In this document: positions 24,355 to 32,000 of the stretch, piece by piece
Layout of the letters: every line of letters starts with the position of its first letter
Position numbering within the stretch: position 1 is the stretch's first letter
From: Candidatus Electronema aureum
GTDB lineage: Bacteria > Desulfobacterota > Desulfobulbia > Desulfobulbales > Desulfobulbaceae
NCBI GenBank assembly: GCA_004284765.1
Contig: NQJD01000011.1
Span: 1 to 32,000, forward strand
DNA length: 32,000 nucleotides
Direction: 5' to 3'
Position numbers and translations under genes: made by a program
Notes under the pieces: generated by a model
What the model was told of the DNA's origin: nothing
The model's input: only the letters and a program-made list of their open reading frames with translations
The model's database searches: none

Positions 24355-25545
24355 ATGCTGACCATCTACAAAGTCTGCTACAAGAATCTCCTCCGCAAAA
24401 AGCTCAGGAGCAGCCTGACTATCATCGGCGTGGGGCTGTCAGCCTGGGTTTTGGCGAGTCTGATGGGTTTCAACAAAGGCTACGAAGCCTCGCTCAACCG
24501 CGACATTGACAACATGGGCTTTCAGATTGTGGTCACGGCCAAGGGCTGCCCTTATGAGGCTGCCACCTTGATGCTGAAAGGCGGCACCAGCCTGCGCTAC
24601 ATGAAGGAAAGTATTGTGCAAGAGGTTGCTGCTAATGCCGAAGTGGAGAAGATGACTCCGATGCTGATGCAGGCTATCTTTGATCCTAATAAAGGCGAAA
24701 GCGGCGGCATGGCTGCCTATCTTGGTGTTGACCCGGCCACCTATCCGCAGATGAAGACGTATTTAGAATTCAAGCAGGGCGGCTGGTTCAAGGATGCGGC
24801 AGCGTACGAGGCGGTGCTGGGCTACGAAGCTGCCGAGCTAGAGCAGCGCGAGGTCGGCGACATCCTCCTTATTCCAGAAAAGAATGTCGAGCTGAAGGTA
24901 GTCGGCATCCTCAAGCGCACCGGCACGCAGGACGACGGCACTATCTTCATTCCCTTCAAAGCGGTACAGAAGATCTTCGACAAGCCCGGCGAGCTGACTG
25001 GCCTTGGCATCAAGGTAAAGAAGGATGCCAACATCGCTCTGCTGGAGGAGAAACTCTACAAGCTGCCGGACGTACAGGTGGTCTCGCTAGCGCAGGTCAA
25101 ACAGACGATCATGAACCTTGTTTCAACGGCCAAGGTGATGGTGATGTCTATTGCCATCATTGCGGTCTTGATTGCTATGGTTGGGGTGATCAACACCATC
25201 CTTATGTCGGTCTTCGAGCGCTATCAGGAGATCGGCATTCTCAAGAGCATCGGTGCGATGCCGGAAGACATCTTCAAGCTCATCTGGATTGAGACTTTCA
25301 TCCTTTGCCTGTTCGGTGGGCTGCTCGGCACGGTCATGGCCTTTGGGCTGTCACAAATCACTGAGCTGCTTATTCGCAGACTGCTGCCCTATGCGCCCAC
25401 TGGTTCGCTGATTCTGCTTGATCTGAAGCTGATTCTGACGACCTTGGTGTCCGTCCTCCTGATCGGCCTGATCAGCGGCATCTATCCGGCCTGGAAAGCG
25501 GCACGAGTCAGACCTCTTGAATCCATCCGCAACGAAATGAGCTGA
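24355..25545 (+). CDS. ABC transporter permease, MacB/FtsX type
   Basis: TM1 (LRSSLTIIGVGLSAWVL), a periplasmic domain of about 220 aa, then three C-terminal TM helices containing ERYQEIGILKSIGA and YPAWKAARVRPLESIR. Confidence 0.8.
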   Translation: MLTIYKVCYKNLLRKKLRSSLTIIGVGLSAWVLASLMGFNKGYEASLNRDIDNMGFQIVVTAKGCPYEAATLMLKGGTSLRYMKESIVQEVAANAEVEKMTPMLMQAIFDPNKGESGGMAAYLGVDPATYPQMKTYLEFKQGGWFKDAAAYEAVLGYEAAELEQREVGDILLIPEKNVELKVVGILKRTGTQDDGTIFIPFKAVQKIFDKPGELTGLGIKVKKDANIALLEEKLYKLPDVQVVSLAQVKQTIMNLVSTAKVMVMSIAIIAVLIAMVGVINTILMSVFERYQEIGILKSIGAMPEDIFKLIWIETFILCLFGGLLGTVMAFGLSQITELLIRRLLPYAPTGSLILLDLKLILTTLVSVLLIGLISGIYPAWKAARVRPLESIRNEMS

Positions 25546-25550
25546 ACGCC

Positions 25551-26237
25551 ATGACCAATGCTATCTCCATCTCAGCCCAGAACCTGACCAAGGTTTATCG
25601 GCGCGGCACTGAGGAAATCTTTGCAGTCAACAACATCTCGCTGGAGATCAAGACGGGCGAATACGTTGCCTTTATTGGGCCGTCCGGTTCCGGCAAGACC
25701 ACGCTGATCAACATCCTCGGCTGCTTGGACAATCCCACCTCAGGCAGTCTTGTCATTGGCGGACGGACGATCTTCGGGCAGAAGAAAGCTGTTTCCGAAC
25801 GCGAGCTGACCAAGGTGCGGCGGGAGCTGTTCGGCTACATCTTTCAGAAATTCTATCTCATTCCCACCCTCAACGTGCTGGAGAACGTGCTGCTGCCCTG
25901 CACATTCTATTGCAAGGACAGCGGCGTGGAGGAGCGGGCCGCCGAGCTGCTCCGCTCGCTGGGCATGGACAAACGGATGCGGCACCTGCCCGGACAGCTC
26001 TCTGGCGGCGAGATGCAGCGGGTGGCCATCGCCCGCTCATTGATCAACAGGCCGCAGATCCTCCTTGCTGACGAACCCACCGGCAACCTTGATTCAGCCC
26101 GCAGCCATGAGATCAGCGAGGTTATGCAGGAACTCAATCAGCGGGATGGACTGACAGTCATCCTTGTCACCCACAATCCCTCCTTGGCAAAGACCGCGCA
26201 CAGGATTATGGAGCTGCGGGATGGGATGGTAGCATAG
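25551..26237 (+). CDS. ABC transporter ATP-binding protein (MacB/LolD-like)
   Basis: Walker [11 protein letters not shown]-loop, signature [15 protein letters not shown], Walker [14 protein letters not shown]-loop VTHN. Confidence 0.9.
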   Translation: MTNAISISAQNLTKVYRRGTEEIFAVNNISLEIKTGEYVAFIGPSGSGKTTLINILGCLDNPTSGSLVIGGRTIFGQKKAVSERELTKVRRELFGYIFQKFYLIPTLNVLENVLLPCTFYCKDSGVEERAAELLRSLGMDKRMRHLPGQLSGGEMQRVAIARSLINRPQILLADEPTGNLDSARSHEISEVMQELNQRDGLTVILVTHNPSLAKTAHRIMELRDGMVA

Positions 26238-26307
26238 CTGCTTTACCCTGCCGCAGTGATGGAAACAGGCTGATGCGCGGGCGGTGAAACAGGCAGGAAT
26301 TTGCACG

Positions 26308-26335
26308 TTGCTTTCTCTGCGAAAGTTGCTACTAT
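26308..26335 (+). promoter_or_regulatory. candidate sigma70-type promoter for the zinc-ribbon membrane protein
   Basis: TTGCTT (26308-26313), 16-nt spacer, TACTAT (26330-26335). Confidence 0.3.
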
Positions 26336-26406
26336 GAACATTCTTTATCTGTCCGCATGATGCGCTGTGCTGAAGACAGTCTTTATTCCTACGAAAGGAA
26401 ACGTTC

Positions 26407-27189
26407 ATGATAATCTGGGGAACAAAACGGGTGGAGAAGAAGGTTGGGTATGTTGCTGACTTTTGCCCAATCTGCCGGACAGCAAAAAGTCATCACGTTC
26501 GCAAGATCAGCATGGTTCCTCATTTTTATTATGTGGGGCTGGGGGCTGGCAAAATGGTGGGATTCCTTGCGCGGTGCATGGACTGCGGCCTTGAGCGTTA
26601 TATCGATACTGCCGATTATGTGGAGATGATCAAGACTGAGCCAGTCAGCATTGAGGAGCTGATACGAGCGACCTATCCATCACTGCGGACTGTTTACAAA
26701 GAACGTCTTGAGCTTGAAGAGACGCTGCGGCGCTCGCCTTTCAAGCTGGATTCTAAGATGCGGAGATCGTTGATCAGAAATGTCTTTGATGTGCTTTCAC
26801 CAAGCGTGGAGGAAGTATTTGCCAACGGAACACCAATCGATGCAGGGAGCGGTCTCTGCATGTGCGTAACCGTTCTTGTTCTGTTCGCGTTTGTTGCGGT
26901 GGGAGCTGCTCATCCTGATCAGAAGCTGGCGGTCTATGCGCTGGGGATTCTGACTGCAATCAGCATGGTTGCCACAGTGGTTTCGCTGGCCACCAGCACT
27001 CGGGGGCACATGGCAAAGATGCTTTCGCCCCTGCTGGTGCGGAGCCTTCGTCCTCTGCGCCCCAAACAGGAAGAACTGGAAGCCGTATTGTCCCAGCTCA
27101 AAACAATGGATTTACGTATCGGCAAAAAGCTCAAAGCGCAATGGATTATGGACAGTCTGGAAGAGACCTCCAGGCACAAGCAGCCCTGA
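26407..27189 (+). CDS. hypothetical zinc-ribbon membrane protein
   Basis: N-terminal CPIC...CMDC ribbon, two central TM helices (LCMCVTVLVLFAFVAVGAA and LAVYALGILTAISMVATVVSLA), and a charged C-terminal tail. Confidence 0.5.
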   Translation: MIIWGTKRVEKKVGYVADFCPICRTAKSHHVRKISMVPHFYYVGLGAGKMVGFLARCMDCGLERYIDTADYVEMIKTEPVSIEELIRATYPSLRTVYKERLELEETLRRSPFKLDSKMRRSLIRNVFDVLSPSVEEVFANGTPIDAGSGLCMCVTVLVLFAFVAVGAAHPDQKLAVYALGILTAISMVATVVSLATSTRGHMAKMLSPLLVRSLRPLRPKQEELEAVLSQLKTMDLRIGKKLKAQWIMDSLEETSRHKQP

Positions 27190-27406
27190 TAGAAGGCGAT
27201 ACAATTCGGCATCCATCATCACACGCATAACTGCTATTTCCGCTTGTCCGCTCCCAAGGGCAGGCCGTGCGCCTGCCCGTCCTCACCGCCAGCACATCCG
27301 GCAGAGACAATCATCTGCTCTCGTCTGGCTGTAATTTCAACCCAATAGCTCCTCGTTTGGACGGAAATACCCTTGCTATCCCATCGCCTCATCTCCAATC
27401 CTTTGC

Positions 27407-27435
27407 TTGACAAAAAGAGCAGTGTTGCTTACCAT
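27407..27435 (+). promoter_or_regulatory. candidate sigma70-type promoter for the Cys-rich secreted protein
   Basis: TTGACA (27407-27412), 17-nt spacer, TACCAT (27430-27435). Confidence 0.4.
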
Positions 27436-27577
27436 GACGATACCAATGTTGTATGCAGTTCTTTGGTAGAAAAATGCCATCTTAGATATATTCTACACTG
27501 ATCATTGTTGTAACCTATACACAGTTACGAATTTTCATTACGACATCTACATTCTATTGCAATAGGGAGAAGAAGCT

Positions 27578-28363
27578 ATGAGACGTACCATACCAAGTTG
27601 TTTTCTCGCTGCTGGAATCCTGCTGATCTCAGCGATAGGAACAACATCAGCAGCAAGGATTGATTCTACTGAAGATGTATGTAGTGTCTTTGCCTCATCT
27701 CCGGGAGCTTCACGTCGTGAGTACAGGAGCTGTGAAGAATGCTTGGATCATCACGAACGCTGCGAAGAGCGGTGTGCTGCGGAAACAGGAGGGTATGTCT
27801 GCACGGCAGTTGGTTATGACCGACGTGACCGCAAACAGACTGTTCAGGGCGATGTTTCCGAGCGAGAGCGAAGAGCAGCAAGGAGAAGTGCAATAGAACG
27901 CTGTAGCGAGCAGGGCTTACTCGATTGTGAGATTGATTCATGCGCTGAAAATCAACAAGCTGGTATAGATGATGTCCGCCCTTGCTCGGCAAACACAGAT
28001 GTAGTCCCAGAGAGGCGTGACAGAGCGAGACGTTCGGAACGAGCAGCTCTTCCGCCGCAGCCTGAGCCTCCAGCTTCTACGAAGAAATATATTGTTTCTT
28101 GGCAGCACATCAAAGATCAATGTATGAGCAAGCCTTATCCTAAGATTGCTCAACAATGCCGTAATCGGGCAAACTTCTGGCAGGGTATTCATTGCCGTGT
28201 AACGTGGAGTGATGGCAGTGTAGAAGAGATTGGCGGCAAGGTTGATCTCACTGATGCCTATGGCCGTGCATATTGTACACGACCAACTCGGCCTGCGAAA
28301 TTCAACTGTGTTAGCCGATGTGATGATACACCCGGCCCACTGATGACCCTGCCACGCCCATAA
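27578..28363 (+). CDS. exported cysteine-rich hypothetical protein
   Basis: RBS GGGAGA upstream. Signal peptide MRRTIPSCFLAAGILLISAIGTTSAA. About 18 Cys are spread through a highly charged R/E/D-rich sequence. The region is AT-rich. Confidence 0.5.
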   Translation: MRRTIPSCFLAAGILLISAIGTTSAARIDSTEDVCSVFASSPGASRREYRSCEECLDHHERCEERCAAETGGYVCTAVGYDRRDRKQTVQGDVSERERRAARRSAIERCSEQGLLDCEIDSCAENQQAGIDDVRPCSANTDVVPERRDRARRSERAALPPQPEPPASTKKYIVSWQHIKDQCMSKPYPKIAQQCRNRANFWQGIHCRVTWSDGSVEEIGGKVDLTDAYGRAYCTRPTRPAKFNCVSRCDDTPGPLMTLPRP

Positions 28364-28398
28364 ACAGCAGGATGTAGGCGCTCTCTGTTCTTTCTTCT

Positions 28399-28830
28399 AT
28401 GAGTCACTGTCAATACCTCAACACCGATCTTGATATCGAGTCGCAGGAAGACTTGTCGCCCCTCATTCAGCAACTTGGTGAAAGGGTATTAGTCCTTTAT
28501 CACGGCGAGACACAAACGATAGGGCATCAACTTGCATCGTTTGAAATCAACATGGATCATGCGGACGCAGATGCTACGATCAATCATTTGTGCATAGTCA
28601 TTGAGACACTTCCAGAGCGCGAACGGGCAATCTGGAATAACTGCTCCACACGGCTCTTTGATATCGGCTATGCCTGTACAAGCGGAACCGAATCTGTTCG
28701 TTCTTACTCCGAACTTTGTGCTGCAACAGTCAGTCGAGTAGCAGCACTTGGTGCAAGCATTGCAATCACGATGTATCCAGATTATGAGCAAGCACATCAG
28801 GTAGGAACACCTGATGCTGCAATAAAATAA
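28399..28830 (+). CDS. hypothetical 143-aa cytoplasmic protein
   Basis: This ORF has ordinary composition, whereas the overlapping antisense ORF 28489..28797 is oddly Cys-rich. It has no clear RBS and no motif I recognise. Confidence 0.4.
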   Translation: MSHCQYLNTDLDIESQEDLSPLIQQLGERVLVLYHGETQTIGHQLASFEINMDHADADATINHLCIVIETLPERERAIWNNCSTRLFDIGYACTSGTESVRSYSELCAATVSRVAALGASIAITMYPDYEQAHQVGTPDAAIK

Positions 28831-28842
28831 CTCAACGAAAGA

Positions 28843-30114
28843 ATGGACATACTACGAATCAATGGAGGTCGCCCTTTGCAGGGCAAGGTCGCGGTTAGTG
28901 GTGCAAAGAACGCCGCTCTCCCCCTGCTGGCAGCTACCCTGTTAGCACCCGGTACCTACACCCTACACAATGTGCCGGACTTGCGGGACACCCGTACCAT
29001 GCTCAAGCTCCTCCAAATACTCGGCGCAAGCTGGGAGCGAGACGGTAGCACGGTACAGGTGAACTCGGTCAATCTCACTGGTGCTGAAGCCCCTTACGAG
29101 CTGGTTAAGACTATGCGGGCCTCGGTGCTGGTGCTGGGTCCCTTGTTAGGACGAGTCGGCTATGCTCGCGTGTCGCTCCCCGGTGGTTGCGCTATCGGGG
29201 CGCGGCCTATCGATTACCATCTGAACGGGTTCCAACAGTTAGGAGTGGTTTCTTCGCTGGAAGGAGGCTATGTAGAGGCCCGCGTACAGGGGGAACTGAC
29301 TGGCGGTAAGGTCTGGTTTGATATTCCTTCGGTAACAGCCACCGAGAATCTCCTCATGGCAGCAGTGAAAGCCAAGGGCGAGACAATCATTCAGAATGCG
29401 GCCAAAGAGCCAGAGGTGGGCAATCTGATTGACATGCTCACCGCAATGGGTGCAGAGATTAAAGGAAAGGGGACGGATTTCCTCACCGTGACCGGAGTGA
29501 AGGAACTACATCCTGCGACAATCAGCATCATCCCAGATCGGATTGAGGCAGGAACGTACCTGATTGCCGCAGGCGCAGCCGGTGGCAGCTTAGAGGTGAC
29601 AGACTGCGACCCCTCCCATCTCACCGCCTTGATTGAGAAACTACGGGCAGCTGGAATGCAAATCGAGGTCTATGCGGACCGCTGCATTGCCTCTCGTTCC
29701 GTGGATGGTACTCCCCTGCGAGCTGTCGATATCACAACTATGCCTTATCCGGGCTTTCCCACTGACTTGCAAGCCCAGTTCATGGCTCTGATGCTTTGTT
29801 GCAATGGGGTGTCAATCATCCACGAGACGATCTTTGAAAACCGTTTCATGCACGTAGCCGAGCTACGGCGGTTGGGGGCGGAGATCGTCATTGACGGCGG
29901 TAGCGCGGTGGTTACTGGCATTCCCCGCGAACGCTTGATCGGTGCGCCGGTGATGGCTACTGATTTGCGGGCCTCAGCTTCTTTAGTCGTCGCTGGTCTG
30001 GCTGCTTCAGGCACCACAGAGATTTCCCGTATCTATCATTTAGAACGGGGCTACGAGAAGATGGCAGAGAAGCTGCGCCAGACAGGGGCAGCGGTGGAGC
30101 AAGTGGCGGACTAA
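28843..30114 (+). CDS. murA: UDP-N-acetylglucosamine 1-carboxyvinyltransferase
   Basis: [36 protein letters not shown]-terminus, active-site loop [13 protein letters not shown], and C-terminal [16 protein letters not shown]. Confidence 0.9.
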   Translation: MDILRINGGRPLQGKVAVSGAKNAALPLLAATLLAPGTYTLHNVPDLRDTRTMLKLLQILGASWERDGSTVQVNSVNLTGAEAPYELVKTMRASVLVLGPLLGRVGYARVSLPGGCAIGARPIDYHLNGFQQLGVVSSLEGGYVEARVQGELTGGKVWFDIPSVTATENLLMAAVKAKGETIIQNAAKEPEVGNLIDMLTAMGAEIKGKGTDFLTVTGVKELHPATISIIPDRIEAGTYLIAAGAAGGSLEVTDCDPSHLTALIEKLRAAGMQIEVYADRCIASRSVDGTPLRAVDITTMPYPGFPTDLQAQFMALMLCCNGVSIIHETIFENRFMHVAELRRLGAEIVIDGGSAVVTGIPRERLIGAPVMATDLRASASLVVAGLAASGTTEISRIYHLERGYEKMAEKLRQTGAAVEQVAD

Positions 30115-31844
30115 TACTCGTCCGGCAGCGCGGGCAAAGGCAGACAGACTTCCAGCACGCAGCCTTGGCCGCCTGCTGGCTCTTGCAGCTTCACATTGCC
30201 GCTGTGTTGTTCGGCGATTTGTTTGACAATAGAGAGACCTAGGCCAGCGCAATTGGCCTTGGTTGAGAAGAAGGGGGTAAATATCACCTCGTGGATATTT
30301 TCGGCAATGCCAGGGCCTTGGTCAATCACCGCGATGCTGATCGCGTTCCGCCCGCCTTCTTGGTTTTCCCGCGCCCTGATCAACACCGGCCACGTGCTGG
30401 TCTGAACAGCGGCAGCACAGCTATTCTCCAGCAGATGCGTCAGTAGGATTTGCACAAGCTGACGGTCTGCCCAGCAGTCGAGATGGTCGGGGATATCTAA
30501 CTCCATCGCAGCGGCCAGCGGGCAAGATTCACGACCTTTAACTTGGCGAATAGTCTCCTCGGTTAGCCGCCGCAGGTCGAACCACTCTGGGGTAAGGGCA
30601 GAGGGCCGGGCAAACTGGAGGAAGTCGGTGATCGTCTTCTCCATCCGGGCTGATTCTCTGAGGATGATCTCAGTCAGATGGCGGTTAGCCCGGCTGAGGG
30701 GATCAGGGCTGCTGTCCGCCGCATGGACATTCTTCAGGAGCTGGGCCGAGCCGGAGATGGCAGCGATTGGGTTGCGGAAGTCATGAGCAATGGCGGCACT
30801 TAGTTCGCCAATGGCCGCCATCTTCTCTGCCGCTCGCACTTGCCGCTCCATCTGCTCCAGCAGGCTAACATCCTGGACCGTGATCACCTTGCACTGCGTC
30901 TCACCCGGCTCATCCAAGGTTGGGTCAGGCGGCAGGTTGAGGTGAGCAAAGGTATGCCGAATCCGCAATATGCTTCCATCTTTGCGCTGAAGATCAGCCA
31001 CCTGTCTGCTCTGGTCGGTCTCAGTCAGCATGGCGGCTGGCAAAATGGAGGTGAAGGCCAGACCAACAAGATCAGCGGCAGCAAAGCCGGTGATCCGAGC
31101 AAAAGCTGGGTTGCAGGAGGTAATCCGGTTGCGCCCGTCAACCGTGACTATGCCGGTGCCGATGTCGTCAAAGACCTGCTTGTAGAGCTGGTTCAGGCGG
31201 TCAAACTGAACAAAGGTACGGGACAAGGCTTCCTCGGTGTTGCGGAGTCGCCCGGCAAGCAGATTACTGAGAAGGCCGATGGTGAAAAAGGTAATCCCAT
31301 AGACCGAATACACGTTGGTTAAGCTGAGGTAATCGGTCGGAGGTACATATCTGGTCTGAGCATAGAATTGCGGAATGTAGCCCAGATATTCACAGGCAAG
31401 GATGGCTCCGTAGAGAATAGAAGACGCTGCCGCCGCGATTAGGCCACCAGTACGGCTCAGGCTCAGGCCGCCTGCAATCACCGGAAAGATGAACACCGGG
31501 GTAAAGATCGACTGGCTGCATCCAGTGCCGCCCACCAGCAGAGCAGCAAAGATCGCATCCGAGAGTAGCTGAATCAGTCCGAAACGAGTGAGGTGCCTAA
31601 TCTTATTCTGAAGCAGCCCTGCCGAGCCAATAGAGTAAATGAAGACTACGGACAGGAACGCCATAGTCACCGCTGGTGGGGGCAGGATGATGTCACGGCC
31701 CTTGGTTTGCAGGACAACAGTGACCGCGATCAGCAGCGTAAAGAGCATCACCCGGATCATCAGCAGCCAGAGGATATGCAGGCGGAGCTGCTCGCCCGTG
31801 TTCCGCCTCGGAGTCAGCTCCTTGATGAATCTGCTTCTATCCAT
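30111..31844 (-). CDS. membrane sensor histidine kinase (multi-TM N-terminus, PAS, HisKA, HATPase_c)
   Basis: About six N-terminal hydrophobic helices. PAS-like [24 protein letters not shown]-box [17 protein letters not shown]-box LLENSCAA. G-boxes DQGPGI and GLGLSIV. Confidence 0.85.
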   Translation of the reverse strand: MDRSRFIKELTPRRNTGEQLRLHILWLLMIRVMLFTLLIAVTVVLQTKGRDIILPPPAVTMAFLSVVFIYSIGSAGLLQNKIRHLTRFGLIQLLSDAIFAALLVGGTGCSQSIFTPVFIFPVIAGGLSLSRTGGLIAAAASSILYGAILACEYLGYIPQFYAQTRYVPPTDYLSLTNVYSVYGITFFTIGLLSNLLAGRLRNTEEALSRTFVQFDRLNQLYKQVFDDIGTGIVTVDGRNRITSCNPAFARITGFAAADLVGLAFTSILPAAMLTETDQSRQVADLQRKDGSILRIRHTFAHLNLPPDPTLDEPGETQCKVITVQDVSLLEQMERQVRAAEKMAAIGELSAAIAHDFRNPIAAISGSAQLLKNVHAADSSPDPLSRANRHLTEIILRESARMEKTITDFLQFARPSALTPEWFDLRRLTEETIRQVKGRESCPLAAAMELDIPDHLDCWADRQLVQILLTHLLENSCAAAVQTSTWPVLIRARENQEGGRNAISIAVIDQGPGIAENIHEVIFTPFFSTKANCAGLGLSIVKQIAEQHSGNVKLQEPAGGQGCVLEVCLPLPALPDEY

Positions 31845-32000
31845 TATTCCATTCCGTATTTTTTGGCCTTGTAGCGGAGCGAGCGGAAGCTGACCTTGAG
31901 CAGCTCGGCAGCCCGCATCTTAGAGCCTTCTGCTGCCTCAATCGCATGGAGAATCATCTTCCGTTCCATTCTCGCCACGCTCTCTTCTAAGCCCCGGTCG
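31844..32000 (-). CDS. C-terminal end of an NtrC-family (sigma54-dependent) response regulator, truncated by the window edge
   Basis: My reverse-strand translation is ...DRGLEESVARMERKMILHAIEAAEGSKMRAAELLKVSFRSLRYKAKKYGME*, a Fis-type HTH tail. Its TAA overlaps the kinase ATG (TAATG). Confidence 0.7.
   Translation of the reverse strand, partial: DRGLEESVARMERKMILHAIEAAEGSKMRAAELLKVSFRSLRYKAKKYGME

Noticed and set aside
27554-27565. A perfect 12-bp palindrome, CTATTGCAATAG, just upstream of the RBS of the Cys-rich protein gene.
   Set aside because: Several 12-bp palindromes are expected by chance in 32 kb, and there is no second copy or partner regulator nearby. I noted it only as a possible operator.

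Overview
This is a 32-kb chromosomal window from a GC-rich Gram-negative bacterium. The taxon cannot be fixed from sequence alone; gene content is compatible with a deltaproteobacterial/Desulfobacterota-type genome, which is inference only. All product calls rest on motifs read by eye in the supplied translations, because no database search was possible.

The backbone lies mostly on the + strand:
- a biotin carboxylase and a fused alpha/beta carboxyltransferase (0.3-4.0 kb)
- tRNA-Lys(CTT)
- an exported caspase-like/FGE-sulfatase fusion protein
- two acidic lipoproteins (-)
- gmhB and a SAM methyltransferase (-)
- the conserved rpmH-rnpA-yidD-yidC-jag-mnmE cluster (9.1-13.9 kb)
- a histidine set: a HAD + tandem IGPD-like fusion, hisC and hisD
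- galE
- a signal-peptide protein with a MacB-type ABC pair
- murA
- a sensor kinase / NtrC-type regulator pair (-)

The most unusual stretch is 13.9-22.5 kb. Nearly every junction between these core genes carries a small accessory module:
- a 4-TM protein
- a coiled-coil zinc-ribbon protein
- an MNT/HepT pair
- an orphan 237-aa protein
- a PIN-like protein with an overlapping 58-aa ORF

Several of these modules are visibly AT-richer than their neighbours, and two are bracketed by short direct repeats. The same stretch holds two arrays (7 and 6 units) of 18-bp palindromes, GAGTCAC-N4-GTGACTC, at an exact 23-bp period.

Other points worth follow-up:
- a Cys-to-Ser change at the expected catalytic position of the caspase-like domain
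- complementary motif loss in the two IGPD-like domains
- a small AT-rich islet encoding an exported Cys-rich protein (27.2-28.8 kb)

I saw no CRISPR array, rRNA, transposase or integrase.
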